Assembly: GCA_963575745.1 (NCBI GenBank)
Contig: CAUYUJ010000081.1
Coordinates: forward strand, 558,001-622,000
Reading direction: 5' to 3'
Origin: Prorocentrum cordatum
Lineage: Eukaryota
DNA: 64,000 nucleotides
The translations under genes were made by a program, and so were the position numbers. Each line of letters begins with the position of its first letter. Within the stretch, counting starts at the first letter, position 1. Under the pieces are notes generated by a model that had not been told where the DNA came from, ran no database searches, and saw only the letters and a program-made list of their open reading frames with translations. Below, one piece after another: positions 12,391 through 26,530 of the stretch.

Positions 12391-13167
12391 GTGGCCAGGC
12401 GGCGCAAGCAGGCCGAAGGAGAGAACGGAGGAGGAAGAGAAGGAGAACGAGGAGGAGACAGGAGGCAGAAAGTAGGAGGCAAGAGGGGGAGGAGAAAGAA
12501 ACAGTGGAAACCACAGTGCTCCATTAAAGCGAGAATCCAACGCAGGAGTGCTCCAAGGGAGAGGGAGAAAGAGAGAGAGAGAGAGAGAAAGAAAGAAAGA
12601 AAGAAAAAAACTCTGAATGGTCGTGATGCCCGTCGGTAAGTGCATCGTCGTCGCCATTGATACCGTCACCAGCCACAACCACATTGCCGCCGTGTGCTTG
12701 GAATAGGTGTAGTCTTGCCTGGAAACTGATACAATTTCTGGAGTTGGCCTCGTAAAGTAGATAATTGCATTCAGCACCCGACGGCGTGTCGAATTTCGTC
12801 TCATCCCACTGCGGATGCTGCTACTCGGCCTCGTCCCCTCCCCCCATCATCCGCTCCTCCCCACCTGGCCTCTGCAACAGTGCCTGCCGTTAGAAATGAT
12901 ACTGCTCCTGCCTGCGACTGCCTGAAGGAAGGCAAGCACTATACACGTCCGAAACACACTTGTTGGCCTCACACCTCAGACCATCGGCCGACCAATAGCG
13001 ACGTCGGCCTTGGCGCGTCACATCGCGAGGAAGCGCGCTGAACACGCGAGGCCGCTGAAGCGTCGTTGAGGGAGCTGCGGCACCGAAGAAGTGCGGCGAC
13101 AGCGTCCGCCAGGCTCCTCTACGAGGCCGATCTGGCGCCCGCTGGACCGACCCACTATTCATCTACA

Positions 13168-14334
13168 GCCTCCTCTTCCTCCTCCTCCTCCTCCTCCTCC
13201 TCCTCCCAGCTGTGCCATGTCCACGCGCGAAGGATTGGGATCGCGCTAGGGCCGACGTCCTACCCCTCTTCATCATACTCCTCCTCCTCCTCCTCCCCCT
13301 CCTCCTCGACCTCCTGTTCCTCCTCCACTCCTCCTCCTCCACTTCCTCCTCCTCATCCCCCTCCTCCTATTCCCCCTACTCCTCCCCCCGATGTCCCCCC
13401 GTACACCCATTCCCCTCTGGAAGTCCTCCTCCTCTTCCTCATCCTCCTCCGCCTCGTCTTCGCAGTATTAGCCTTACTACTAGTAGCATGTGTAAGAGTA
13501 TGAATCGCAGTTGTATTACAATAGTTCCTCGTCATATCAGTATTACGAGTACAAGCGTTAGGATCACTGGTAGAATCACTATCAATATACTTGTTCGTCA
13601 TTGTTTAGTCGTAGTGTTCCCATTCGTTTTACTACTAGTGTTGCTAGCCGTAGTACTGCTCGTATTCTTAAAATTGGCAGTATCCTCAGCATTCGCAGTT
13701 TTAGTAGGTGTCATTAGTCGCAGTATTAGTTTAATAATGGTATGGTTAGTAGCAGCAGTCGTACCAACATTACTAGTAGCGACCGTACCAGTAGTAGTAC
13801 TAGTATCCCTGGTATTAGTATGCATCGTCTTCTTCTCTGTCGTATTAGCAGTTGTCGGGACGTTCAGTGTAGTAAGATTCGCCGTATTCACAAGAGTGTC
13901 ACTATTCGTGTGTATGTCCTGGTACCTCGTATTCGTGGTAGAACGCCGACTGTACAGCGATATTCTTCTTAGTCATATAAGAACCGTCGTGTTAGTAGTA
14001 TTAGTGTGTTGATGTGGCGTTTGCGCATTTACAGTGTTCGTGTGCACATTCGTCTTAAATTGCTACTGTTAGGGGCTAGTATCAATACCCGTCGTCGTCT
14101 TCTTAATGACATTAGTGGTAGTATCATCAATAATCCTAGTCCTCTCTTTCTCGGGATCGTTCTCCTCCTCCTCCTAGTATCAATTGATTATCAGCCTCCT
14201 CATCGTCCCCGCCTCCTCCTCCTCCTCATCCGCAGTATCATCTTCCTCCTCCTCATCTCCCTTTCATCATCACCATCATCATCATCATCATCAGCATCAT
14301 CATGAGCATCATCATCATCATCATCATCATCATG

Positions 14335-14377
<43 letters not shown>

Positions 14378-15148
14378 GCATCATCATCATCCTCATTACC
14401 CATATCCCCCTTCTGAGAGTCACATTCCTCATCCGCCGCCTCCTCCTCCCCGTCCTCCTCTTCCTCCTCCCAATCCTCTTCGACCCCATCCCCTCCGAAC
14501 ATACTCCTCCTCCTCCTCCTCCTCCTCCTCCTCCCCCTCCTCCTCCGTCGCCTCCCTCCTCCTCCGCCTCATATCCTCCTCCTCCTCCTCCTCCTCATAT
14601 CCCCCCCCCCTTCTCCTCATGTTCCTACTCATCCTCCTCAACATCCTCCTCCTACGCCTCCTCTTCCTCCGCCTCCTCCTCCTCCCAATCAGCATCATCA
14701 TCCTCCTCATTACCCCTTACCCCTCGCTGCAAATCATCGTCCTCATCCTCATCCTTCTCCTCCTCCTCCGCCTCCTCCTCCCCACCGTCCCCCTCTTCAT
14801 CATCCCCATCCACTTTGACCCCATCCACTCCGAAAGTCCTCCTCATCCTCCCCCTCCTCGTCCTCCTCTCTCCTCCTCCTCCTCCTCCTCCGCCTCCTCC
14901 CGCCTCCCCCTCCTCCATCTCCTCCTCCTCCCCCTCCTCCTCCGTCTCCGCTTCGTACTCATCCTGCTCCCCCTCCTCCTCCTAATCCTCCCCCTGATTC
15001 TCCTCCTCGTCATCCTCCTCCTCCGTCTACACCTTCTCCTGACTCTCCTCGCCCGCTTCTTCGTCCACCTCCCCCCCATTCACCTTACCCTCATCATCAA
15101 CATCATCATCAACATCATCAGCATCAGCATCAGCATCAGCATTATCAA

Positions 15149-15201
<53 letters not shown>

Positions 15202-17111
15202 GCATCATCAGCATCAACATCAGCATCATCATCCTCATCGTCGTCATCATCAGCATCATCAGCAGCAGCACCATTAGCATCAGCAGCATCATCAACAACA
15301 GCATCATCCTCATCCTCATCAGCATCATCAGCATCAGCAACAGCAACAGCATCATCAGCAGCATCACCAGCAGCATCAGCATCATCATCATCATAATTAG
15401 TATCAGTATCATCGACAACAGCATCTTCTGCAGCAGCAATACCATCATCATCAGCATCAGCGTCATCGTAAGCATCGTCATCATCAGCATCCGCATCAGC
15501 AGCATCCTCATCAACAGCAGCATCGTAATCATCAACAACAGCACCAGCAGCAGAATCAGCATGGTCATCATCAGCATCGTCATCGGCATCAGCATCACTA
15601 GTATCAGCATCATCAACAATATCAGAATCATCATCAGCAGCAGCAACAACGAACTCAACAGCAGCATCAGCATCATGATCGGCAGCATCAGCATCATCAG
15701 CATCAGCATCAGCATCGGCATCAGCATCAGCATCTGCATCATCATCAGCATCGGCATCATCAGCTTCATCATCAGCATCACCAGCATCATCAACAGACTC
15801 AGCATCATCATCAGCATCATCGACATCGAAATCATCATCAGCATCGTCAGCATAATCAGCATCGTACTCAACAGCATCGTCAGCATCAGTAGCATCATCA
15901 CCATCAACAGCATCATCAGCAGCAACAGCAAAACCATCGTCATCAGCAGCATCATCAGCAGAATCCGTATCATCATCATCATCATCAGCATCATCAGCAT
16001 CATCATCATCAGCATCATCATCAGCATCAGCATCAGCATCATCATGATCATCAGCATCAGCATCAGCATCACCATCATCATCATCAGCACCATCATCATC
16101 AGCATCACCAGCAGCAGCACCAGCATCGACGTCATCATCATCATCATAATCAGCAGAATCATCATCATCATCATCAGCAGCATCAGCATCATCAGCATCA
16201 TCATCAGCATGATCAGTATCAGCATCAGCGCCCCATCCTCCTGCTCACATTCCTCCCCGCCATCCTCCTCATAATTGTCCTCGTCATCATCATCATCAAC
16301 ATCATCAGCATCACCATCATCATCAGCATCAACATCAGCATCGACATCATCATAATCAACAGCATCATCATCATCATCATCAGCATTATCATCAACATCT
16401 TCATCCGCATCATCATCAGCACCAGCACCGTCAGTATCATCAGTTTCATCGGCATCATCATCATCATCGTCAGCATCATCGTCAGCATCATCACCATTAA
16501 CAGTATCAGCATTACAATGAGAAGCAGCAGCATAATCATAAGCGCAATCGATGCATCATCATAGTCAGCAGCATCAACAACATCATCAGCATCCGCAACA
16601 TCATCAGCATCATCAAAATCAACAGTATCATCAGCATCATCATCATCAGCATCACCAGTATCAGCATCACCAGTATCATCATCATTATCATCATCATCAT
16701 CATCATCAGCATCATCATCATCGGCATCATCAGTACCATCATCATCATCATCATCAGCAGCAGCCGCTTCGGCAGCATCATCAGCATCAGCATCAGAATA
16801 ATCATCATCAGCAGCAGCATCCTCAGCATCAGCATCAGCATCGTCAACACAATCATCATCATCATCATCATCGTGAGCAGCAGTAGCATCAACATCATCA
16901 TCAGCATCGTCACTAACATCAGCAAGAATCGTCATCATGAGGATTAACATCCGCATCGAAATCAACATCAGCATTATCATCTGCATCATCAAAATCATCA
17001 TCAGCATAAGCACCAGCATCATCATCAGAGGCAGCAGCATCATCATCATCAGCATCATCCCCCTCATCATTATCATCATCATCAACAGCATCATCATCAT
17101 CAGAAGCAGCG

Positions 17112-17153
<42 letters not shown>

Positions 17154-17630
17154 GAATCATCATCAGCAGCATCATCATCATCATCATCAGCATCATCCCA
17201 GACCCCCTCTGAATGTGCTCCTCGTCCTCCTCCTCCTCCTCCTCCTCTCCCTCCCCGTTCTCCTCTTCCGGTTCCTCCTCCTCCTTCTCCTATTGCTCCT
17301 CCTCCTCGTCCTCCTCTTCCGGTTCCTCCTCATCCTCTTCCTAATGTTCCTCGTGCCCCGCCTCATCCTTTTCCGCCTCGTCCTACTCCTCCTCCTCCCT
17401 TTTCCTGCTCCTCCTCACCTCCTCCGCCTCCCCCATCCTCCGCCTCCTCCTCGTCATCCGCCTCCTCCTCCTCTGCTGTCTCTCTCTCCGCCACCCTTCC
17501 TTATTCCCCCCCCCTCCTCCTCCTCCTCCTCTCCTCCTCCTCCTCCTCCTCCTCCCCTCCTCCTCTCCTCGTGTTCCTCCTCCTCCTCCTCCTCCTCCTC
17601 CTCCTCCTCCTCCTCCTCCTCCTCCTCTCC

Positions 17631-17713
<83 letters not shown>

Positions 17714-17717
17714 TCAG

Positions 17718-17764
<47 letters not shown>

Positions 17765-17777
17765 GCAGCATCATCAG

Positions 17778-17818
<41 letters not shown>

Positions 17819-17819
17819 G

Positions 17820-17898
<79 letters not shown>

Positions 17899-17913
17899 GT
17901 CATCATGATCATG

Positions 17914-17955
<42 letters not shown>

Positions 17956-18024
17956 GTCGTCGTCGTCATCATCATCATCATCATCAGCAGCAGCATCATC
18001 ATCATCAGCATCATCATCATCATC

Positions 18025-18061
<37 letters not shown>

Positions 18062-19140
18062 TCATCATCATCATTATCCGCTTCCTCCTCCTCCTCTTCC
18101 TCATCCTCCCTCGCCCCCCTTCTCCTCGTATTATTCATAGTACTGCTATATCATGAGAGTATGACCAGTCGTACCCATCTTTGAATTAGCAGTATGATAG
18201 AATCAGTTGCCGTCTACTTCGTGCTACTAGCATTGTCAGCCGCATTCGTAGCTTATCAATGGTACGATTGGTAGTACTAGTATAGGTAGTAGTAGTGTCG
18301 CATTCATCATACCATGAGTGCAACAAGCTCTATGCTTGGTGACCGTAGTTTCCTTGATATCCTTGTTAGCATGAGCATTCGCATTATCATTAGTACCCGT
18401 ATGTGTACTAATGTCTATCTTGTGGCACGTATTACCATTATGGTTCGTATTATTAGCAGTTTGGTTACCAGTGCCTTCTTCATAGCGTTGTAGTTACTGT
18501 CGTTACTCTCACTAGTACGACTAGTGATAAATTAAAATTGGTATTATTGCCATCCGTAATACGAATCCTATTGCGATTTAACATTGTATGCTTACCCTAT
18601 AACCATCACCGGTATTGCTACACTTCATTAGTACTGCTACATAGCGCTAGTACTGACACAAATATCATTAAACATGATAATATACGTCCCCGTCTGCTTA
18701 TCATTAGTAGTATGTTCAGTATCACTCTTAGTCTTCATTTTAGTACAGCTAATCATGTGACTCTTGCGGTTAATCAAACTACGACGAATATGGCGAGTAT
18801 CCGTATTGCCCTTTTGATATAGATGTAACAGTTATAAATGTTAATCCTCCTCCTCCTCCTCGTGCTCATCCTCCTCCACCTCCCCCCCTCCTCCTCCTCC
18901 GCCCCCGCTTCCTCCCCATTCTCTTCCTCCTCCTCCTCATCTTCCTTCTACCCCTCCCCTTCCTCCCTCCCCCTCTCTTCTTCCTCATCCTCCTCCACCA
19001 TCTCCTCCTACTCCTCCTCGCCTTCGTCCTCCTCCTCCTCCGCCTCCTCTTCCTCCTCATCCTCCTCCCCCTCCCCGTCCTCCTCCCCCTCCTCCTCATC
19101 CTTCTCTTATTCCTCTTCTTATGTGTCGTGTTTGTCCGTC
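13168..19140. repeat. ~6 kb compound simple-sequence block: (CCT)n, (CAT)n, mixed CAT/CAG/CAA, with decayed AT-rich islands
   Basis: CCT tracts 13168-13460, 14420-15080, 17215-17630, 18845-19120; CAT/CAG mosaics 15090-17200 and 17631-18080; AT-rich islands 13465-14180 and 18130-18840. Confidence 0.95.
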
Positions 19141-20449
19141 GTCTTCCTCATATGAGTGCTGCTGTCTGATTAGCTTCATTATTAAGTTTATTATGAATGT
19201 GTTTATTATTGTTACCAGTCGTAGAACTGGCTTGTTCTTAGTATGTGTATGGTTATTGATATACTGGCGAAGTTTAATACAATCTGTATTAAATATAGCA
19301 TCATCTGTTTCCCGTTTGTATTATGACTATGTTGAATCGTATTATTGGGCGTAGTATTACTAGTTCTGTTTAGTACTATCATGTTAAGCCGTATTCTTGT
19401 TCATATGTGTAATACGATGTGTATTCATTTCAATATCAAAATTCATTTCCCTACTCCCAAAGGTACCAACATTATTATTCCTGCTCCTCGGCTTAGTAGT
19501 ATGTTTCGTATGTTTCGTCTGCTTGTGCTTTATAACCAAGTCCCACGGAGAATAATCCCACAGGGATAATACAGTTTTGGGTCGCCGGGGGATTATAAAT
19601 GTTGCCTTCCGGAGGCCAGCGTGTGGGAGGAGAAAGAGTTGATGTTAAGAGGACCGAAATCCGAGGACCGAGGATCGAGAATCGAAGACCGAGGATCGAG
19701 GATCGTTTTGTTTCCCTTGAGACATCCTTGCTCTTGTAGGGTAGCTCATGTGCCTCGGTTTCCGTGGATAGTAAACCACAGCGATAATATATATATATAT
19801 ATATATTGGGTTTCTTCAAAAAAAAAACAGGGTGCCTGGGGGAGAAGGAGGAAGACAGAAAGAGACAGAGACAGAAAGATACATATATTTAGAGAGAGAG
19901 AGAGAGAGAGAATAGAGAAAGATAGACAGGCAGAAGGAGAGAGGTGGAGGAGGAGGAGGAAGAAAAACGCCAACGTTCCAAACCTATTAAATTTAATTTG
20001 TAAACAAACAATGGAAAGTCAGATTTTCATCTGCTCGTGTAGGTAGCTCACGTGCCTCGGTTTTCGTGTATTGTAAACCACAACGATAAAGAAGTTCAGG
20101 GGGGGCAGGGGGGGGAGGAAACGGAAAGAGAAAGGGAAGAGCAGACAGAAGAGAGAGAGAGAGAGAGAAAGAGAACGCTGTTGGTTTCGCTTGAGACATC
20201 CTCGACAACGTCTTCGCTTCGTTTCATGTTGCTACCTCAACATAAGAAGGAAGTTAACCTCGATGGTGAACTTTTCATTGTGATCGAAAAAAGTTCGGCC
20301 TCCACGCCCCGCGCCCCTGACCAAACTCTTCTTGGCCGTGGATAATACTCTAGCCTGAAAAGGGGGGTCTTTTTTATCATCGGCAGGCGGTTATTATTCT
20401 TCGTAGTTTGTATTAACAGTAGTATGTATAGTATTAGTCTTAGTTGTCT

Positions 20450-21550
20450 TCGTAATATTCGAGAGAGCGTGATCCACCTCCGCTCTACTGTGGAAAATTC
20501 CCCCCCCTCTTCCTCCGGAGCCCGGGGGTCCCCCCCCTCCGAACCCCCCCCTCCCCCCCCTGCTGAACCCTCCCCCCCCTCCCCTCTCCCGGCAAACCCC
20601 CCCCCCTCCCCTAACCCCCCTCCCCCCCTCCCCCTCGAAAACTGGAGGGGGGTCACAACCGGATCGAACCCCTCCCCCCCGCCTCACCGCCAGCAAACGA
20701 CTCCTGGTCCCTACCACCGTCCGCACCACATCCCCCACTGTTGTTCCCAGCACCACTGTCCTCACAACCACTGTCCCCACTGGTTCCACCACCGTCCCTA
20801 CTGTCCCCAGCAGTGCTCCCACCACTGTCGCACTGTCCCCAGTGTCCCCACCACTGTTCCCACCACGGTTCCACTCTCCCCACTTTCTCCACGGCCTCAA
20901 CCACTGCCCGACTATCCCCAGTCCCCACTGTCCCACTGACTCCTCCGCTGTCCCACTGAGCTGTCCCGCTGTTCCCACCACTGTCCCCACTGTCCCCACC
21001 ACTGTCCCCAATGTACCGCTGTCCCATTGTCCCACCGCCGTCCTCGCCACCGCCTTCACCACTGTCCCCACCACCACTGTACCCTCCACTGTCCCACTGT
21101 TTCCACCACATTCCCACTGTCCCCACACCTCTGCCCCCACCACCACCGTCCCCACCACTGTCCCAGTGTCCCCACTGTTCCCACCACTGTCCTCACCACT
21201 GTCCCCAACACGACCGTCCCCACCACTGTCCCACTGTCCCCACCACTGTCCCGCTGTCCCCTTACCACTGTCCCCACCACCACCGTCCCCGACACTGTCC
21301 GCACCCCCCCCTGGTTATCGAAGGGGGGGGGTTCGAACCGGTAGTGACCCCCCCGGTTTTCGAGGGGGGGGGGGAGGGTTCTTTTCGAGGGGGGGGGGGA
21401 GGGTTCGAATCATGATGGACTGGGGGGGGGAGGGGTTCGAACCGTTAGTGACCCCCCCCGGTTTTCCGGAGGGGGGGGGGGTCGAACCTGTAGTGACCCC
21501 CCCCGGTTTTCCGCCAGCAGCGGTAGAACACGTTTTTTCTAATATTCATA
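20450..21550. mobile_element. Foldback-like element: long imperfect inverted arms around a cactgtccc minisatellite
   Basis: cccctcgaaaactggagggggtcacaaccggatcgaacccc (~20631-20672) is reverse-complementary to ggggttcgaaccggtagtgaccccccggttttcgagggg (~21327-21368), with further copies at ~21432 and ~21478. Outer ends aatattcgagagagcgtg / cacgttttttctaatatt. Interior 20730-21300 is (ccactgtcc)-like. Confidence 0.65.
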
Positions 21551-21739
21551 GAATGATTATGACTTGCAGTATTCTCATTAGCATAAAAAAATACCTCCTA
21601 GTACCACCATAAGTATTAGTATGATGAGTGTTCTTCGTATTCTTCTCACTAGTATTACCATTACAACTGTTCATCGTCGTCGGATCGTTTTTCTTAATCG
21701 TGCTATTAGTCTTACTATCAATATTGGCATGCTTATTCT

Positions 21740-22024
21740 TATTCCTCCTCCTCCTCCTCATCATCCTCCTCCTCGTTCTCCTCTTCCTCCTCCTCCTCCT
21801 CCTTCTCCTCCTCCTCCTCCTCCTCCTCCATCTCTTCCGTCTCCTCCCCCTCTTCCAATTCCTCCTCCTCCTCCTCCACCTTCTGCTCTTCCTCCTCCTC
21901 CTCCTCCTTCTCCTCCCCCCCTCTTCCTCTTCCTCCTCCTCCTCCTCCTTCTCCTCCTCCTGCTCTTCCTACCCTCCTCCCTCTCCTCCTCCTCCTCCTC
22001 CTCCTCCTCCTCCTCCTCCTCCTC

Positions 22025-22066
<42 letters not shown>

Positions 22067-22115
22067 CTCCTCGTCGTCGTCCTCCTCCTCCTCCTCCTCT
22101 TCCTCCTCCTCGCCA
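21740..22115. repeat. (CCT)n-type microsatellite
   Basis: Direct reading. Confidence 0.95.
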
Positions 22116-22771
22116 ATAATTCCTAATCCACCTCCGCCCCCCGCCCCCCGCCCCCCGCCTTTCCCTGCCCGCCGGGCCCCTCCATGCGTACACGGAACAA
22201 ACCCCGCGCGAGGACGTGACGCGCATCGCGGAGGCCCACGCGTAGCAGCTCGGCAGCGGCGCGCTCATCCTGCGGGGGCGGCCGGCCCGAACGTCGGGGC
22301 CATGGAGGTATTCGGAGGGGCTGGAGGCTTCGCGAAGGATCCTCGGAGGTTCCTCGGGGGGTTCGTGGGTAGTCCCAAAGGAGAGTCTTGGAGAGGAGGA
22401 GGGGGAGGAGGAAGAGAAGGAGGACCAATGGAAACCCACGAGTCATCAACGGTGTTGGAATTAACCCTCCCTCCAAGCTCCCTCTTCATAGGCCCCTACA
22501 ACGGTTCATTTCCATTGAAGGAACTGCCTCGTTGGAAGACAACATATTGAAGATCCTGAAGCGGGCCAAAACATGGTTCTCGGGATTCAACGCCACGTAT
22601 CAACTTGACTGCTACGTCTTGACGAGCCACAATCGTGCCAGAACGCAGTTTTTTGGGGCTTCAACACAGCGAATCAACCTAGCTGTTGCGCCCGCAGAAT
22701 CCTGAATCCTACCAAAAGACCATGTCTGGTACGTTGATCATAGATATCTGCAAAAATCTTGATAAGGAAGC

Positions 22772-23165
22772 GCCCTCAATCCGTAAAACCCTTGCCAATG
22801 TTCAAAACAAATGCGCGCAGCGCTAAAGCCAGAAACACATGTTGAAAACCACCGGCCCTCAATCCGTGAAACTCTTGCAACTGTTTAAAACAAATGCGCG
22901 CGGCGCCAAGGCGAGAGCAACATTTGTTTAAACGGCCCGCGGCGCTGAAGCGAGAGCCACATTTTGAAAACCACCCGCCCTCAATCCGTGAAGCTCTTGC
23001 TAATGTTTAAAACGGATGTGCGCGGTGCAACAGCGAGAGCCACATGTTGAAAACCACCCGCCCTCAATCCGTCAAACTCTTGCCAATGTTTTAAACGAAT
23101 GCGCGCGGCGCTGAGGCGAGAACCACATGTTGAAAACGACCCGCCCTCTATCTGTGTAATTGTTC
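22772..23165. repeat. ~83-bp tandem repeat, ~5 units
   Basis: ccctcaatccgt at ~22773, 22856, 22978, 23061; diverged copy at ~23144. Confidence 0.9.
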
Positions 23166-23279
23166 CCACTGTTTAAGCTTCAGAACCAGAAATGGTAAGG
23201 AAGTGTCAGGCGAAACGCCCGGCCCGCCCTAAAAACTGGCCCCGGGGTGCGACAGGGAGAAATTATCTATATGGAGAAC

Positions 23280-23860
23280 GAATGGAGGAAGAGGAAAATG
23301 AAGAGGAACAGGAGGAGAAGGAGGAGGAGGAGGAGGAATCCGCAGAAATTCGCTGGTATTCACACGGCGGAAAGGAGGCGGAGGAGAAGTAAGACGAGGA
23401 ATTCGCAGGAATTCGCTGGTATCCATACGGTGGCAAGGAGGAGGAGGAAGAGGAGGAGGAAGAGGAGGAAAAGGAAGAGGAAGAGGAGGAGGAGGAGGAG
23501 GAGGAGGAGGAGGAAGAAGACATTAACAAGGGAGGGGTAGAGGAGGAGGAGGAGGAGGAGGAGGAAGAGGAGGAGGAGGACGAAGACGAGGAAGAGGAGG
23601 ACGACGAAGAGGAGGCGGAGAAGGAGGAGGAGGAGGAAGCGGCGGAGGAGGAGACGGAGGAGGATGAAAGGAGGAGGGGGAGGAGAAAGGGGAAGCAGGA
23701 GGACGGGGGGGGGAAGGAAGAAATGGAGGAGGGGCAGGAGGGGCAAAAGGAGGTGGAGGAGGAGGGGCAGAAGGAGAAGGAAAAGGAGGAGAAGGGGGAG
23801 GAGGAGGAGGAGGAGGAGGAGGAGGAGGAGGAGGAGGAGGAGGAGGAGGAGGAGGAGGAC
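23280..23860. repeat. (GAG/GAA)n purine tract
   Basis: Direct reading. Confidence 0.95.
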
Positions 23861-24899
23861 CCCTTTCCCCCTTTTGGCAACTGCGAAGGTAGGTGCCCGC
23901 ACGACTGCGGCCATCCAACCCATCAAAAGATGTAGTGTGCCGATTCATCACGGATTCGGAGATTATCTTGACTTGTTCTGGATGTCATGGTCGGTAATGT
24001 TTTCGCGGTGATCCCAAATGAAATCTCGGAGAAGGTGCGGGTTGAAACCATGGCGCGTTTTTAAGAATATCCAGTAATCAAATGCACTAGAGTGTCTCGT
24101 GCATGTCATGATACGCGAAGGCGCCCGACCCCGGCGAGGGGGAGGGCGGGCGCGCTGCTTACTCTAAGCACAAAGCCACCAGGCCGCAGGGCGAAGCTGG
24201 TGCTCCCTGCACCAGTTGCAGTTTCAAGTCTCCAATGTGATAATCCTGCTTTCTGCGACCTGCTGCAAATTGTTAAAGTCCGCGCGATGGGGGGGCGCCC
24301 AAAGGAATCAAATTCACCGCGCCCGAATCGCGTTCCCTGAATTCCCGGCGGGCGAAGGCGGGCGAAAGGACGCGTGGAAATCCGTGAGACTCGCGCCCGC
24401 GAGGCCATATCTATCGCAATGTACGCAATGCTCGCGACCCCGAAGCCACGCGCCCCAAGGGGCCTCCCGAGAGAGCCCCAACAGGCCAGAATCGTAGATA
24501 CTACGGAAGTGTTTGAAAGATGTTGGCTTTCTCACCTTTGCAGCTTTCTGGCGTTCCAAGACGGCTCAAAAAGCGCCCAAGACCGCCCAGAGACAGCGCG
24601 AGACGCCTCCCAGAGGGCCCCAAGACGGCTCAAGAGGACTCCACACTGGCCTAAGAAGCGCTCAAGATGGCCCAAGAGGGCCCCAAGACGGCCCCCCACA
24701 GGGGCCCAAGCAGGGAACCCCGAACTTAACATTCGATATGCGCGCTCCGAAAAATCCTCGGGATACCCCCAGAGACCATCAAGAGGCTCGTCCCCTTGTT
24801 GGATGGACGAATCCCAAAGGCTGATCGTTTCGGGCGGCGCGTAGCTGTCAGCTGATGGCCAGCTAGTATTAGAGCCAAAACCCTGTGCGGTCCTGCCAC

Positions 24900-25300
24900 A
24901 TCGCTCCACATGTTACCCGACGTGGCCGCCAGCGTGCCACTTTTTTCGGCATGATGATTGCCGGTATTGCGGCCACTGAAGATGGTTCCGATGTTCCAGG
25001 GAGCGCGCTCAGCTAAGTGTCCATAGCTGCGCACCAGCAGTTGATCGTACTGTTGTTGGATACGGGACATATTGTGATTGAGTGGTTGTAGTAATTGCGA
25101 TGCTCTGGAAACGCCTACTCCAAGAGCGCGAAATAATAGAAGCGTCAGGATATGGAAGGTGGGTATGCTGAAGCCCGCCTTATCCGCTTCCAGCCTGGCC
25201 ATCTCAAATCGGGCCATTTCTGAATCAATTGTTGGCCTCGGTTGACCCTGAAGTCGACGAGGGCTGTTCCTGAGGTGAGCTGGCACCCATTCCTCGAAGT
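24900..25300 (-). pseudogene. Possible LTR-retrotransposon gag fragment
   Basis: Protein-like helical translation TIDSEMARFEMARLEADKAGFSIPTFHILTLLLFRALGVG..QLLQPLN..RSYGHLAERAP, preceded in another frame by TSGTALVDFRVNRGQ. Resembles the F.R..GE.I..F..RF gag motif, from memory only. Confidence 0.4.
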
Positions 25301-26109
25301 TTCTACACGTGGAAATTAGGAGGTATGCGTTCCTCCATCGGTGCGTCTACCCTGTCAAGCTACGCCGTAATTAATATTGTGGACGGCGCCCTCATGGCCA
25401 GGGTCCTGGCGAGATCCCCTAGACCGCGCTATATCGCGGCGGCCTGTTGTGGTGGAGCATGCTTCAGCTTGTGACGTTAAGCCATGCGTGTATTTCGCGA
25501 ACGAATTCGCTAAAAGGTACATGTCTTGCGGGGTCCCAGTGGGGGGCCCGACAAGGAATGAGAGATGACGGATGAAACATCAATGGATGTGGCCTTGATC
25601 CAACGCAGATGTTCAATAGCGCCTCGCAGGCGCGAGACAGGCAAATAGGACAGCGCTACCTTGAACCAGGTAGCGCCGGACGTACGCACGACGTTTGTTG
25701 TACTAGCCCCTCTTTGACCTTCTTCAAGATCCCCCTTCATGCCTGCCAGTCCCCTCCATGTCTCCGTCTCGACCCCTTGTCCCATACGCTTCCACTTGCC
25801 TTCCTCTCGATGATCTTGAAGACGTGTGTTTATGTCCAACATGAGTACGTCCACAGAAGCACTTCTGTATGTGGAGCGTGGTGCATTGAGGACCGCCAAG
25901 GCATCTAACGCTAGCGGCGGAGACCATTGAGGTATCCGCCACAGTGACCCCCTGGCACGCTGAGGCGTGGTAAAAGTTTAAGTCCTGCCGCCTGACAGGG
26001 CTTCTGAAAATCTTGCGCACACACACACACACACACACTCGACGCACACGTTTGGATGCATCTCCCCCCATATCTCGACACTCCCTTGGCAACCCCATGC
26101 CTCCCTGGC

Positions 26110-26530
26110 GCTCTCCAAGGCGTCCAAGATGTCCAAGACGGTTTCCAACACAGGCCAGGCAAGGCACCAAGGCCGTTAACATGGCCCAAGGCCCGGGATG
26201 GCCCAAAGACGGCCAGAGATGGCTTCAAGACGGCCCAAGGAGCCCTCAGTACGGCACAAGAGGGCCCCAAGAGAACCCCCAGGAGGGCCCAAAATGACCA
26301 AACTCAGTGATGCACATTAGGCTTCGGCGGACAGATGTTCGGATTTTCTCCTCTCCGGGCTTTCATCGGCTGAAGAAAGCCCAAGAAGCCTCCAAGATGG
26401 CCCCACGACGACCCAAGAGGGCCTCAAGAGGGCCCCAAGACGGCCCAAGAGTGTTCCAAGATGGCCCACGAGCGGCCCAAGAGGACCCCCAGACGGTCCA
26501 AGAGGGCCCTCAGACGGCCCTCAAGGTCCC
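26110..26530. repeat. Degenerate ggccccaaga(g/c) ~11-bp minisatellite; also 24560-24720, 54940-55250, 56095-56230
   Basis: Repeated ccaagacggc / ccaagaggcc units. Confidence 0.85.

Noticed and set aside
10417..12804. 795-aa and 434-aa ORFs
   Set aside because: Produced by a GC-rich 102-bp satellite with unit length divisible by 3; no domain motifs.
14184..18156. Long poly-Ile/Ser/His/Met/Asp ORFs
   Set aside because: Translations of trinucleotide microsatellites that are open in several frames.
25510..25899. Possible LINE C-terminal fragment
   Set aside because: No diagnostic motif recognised.
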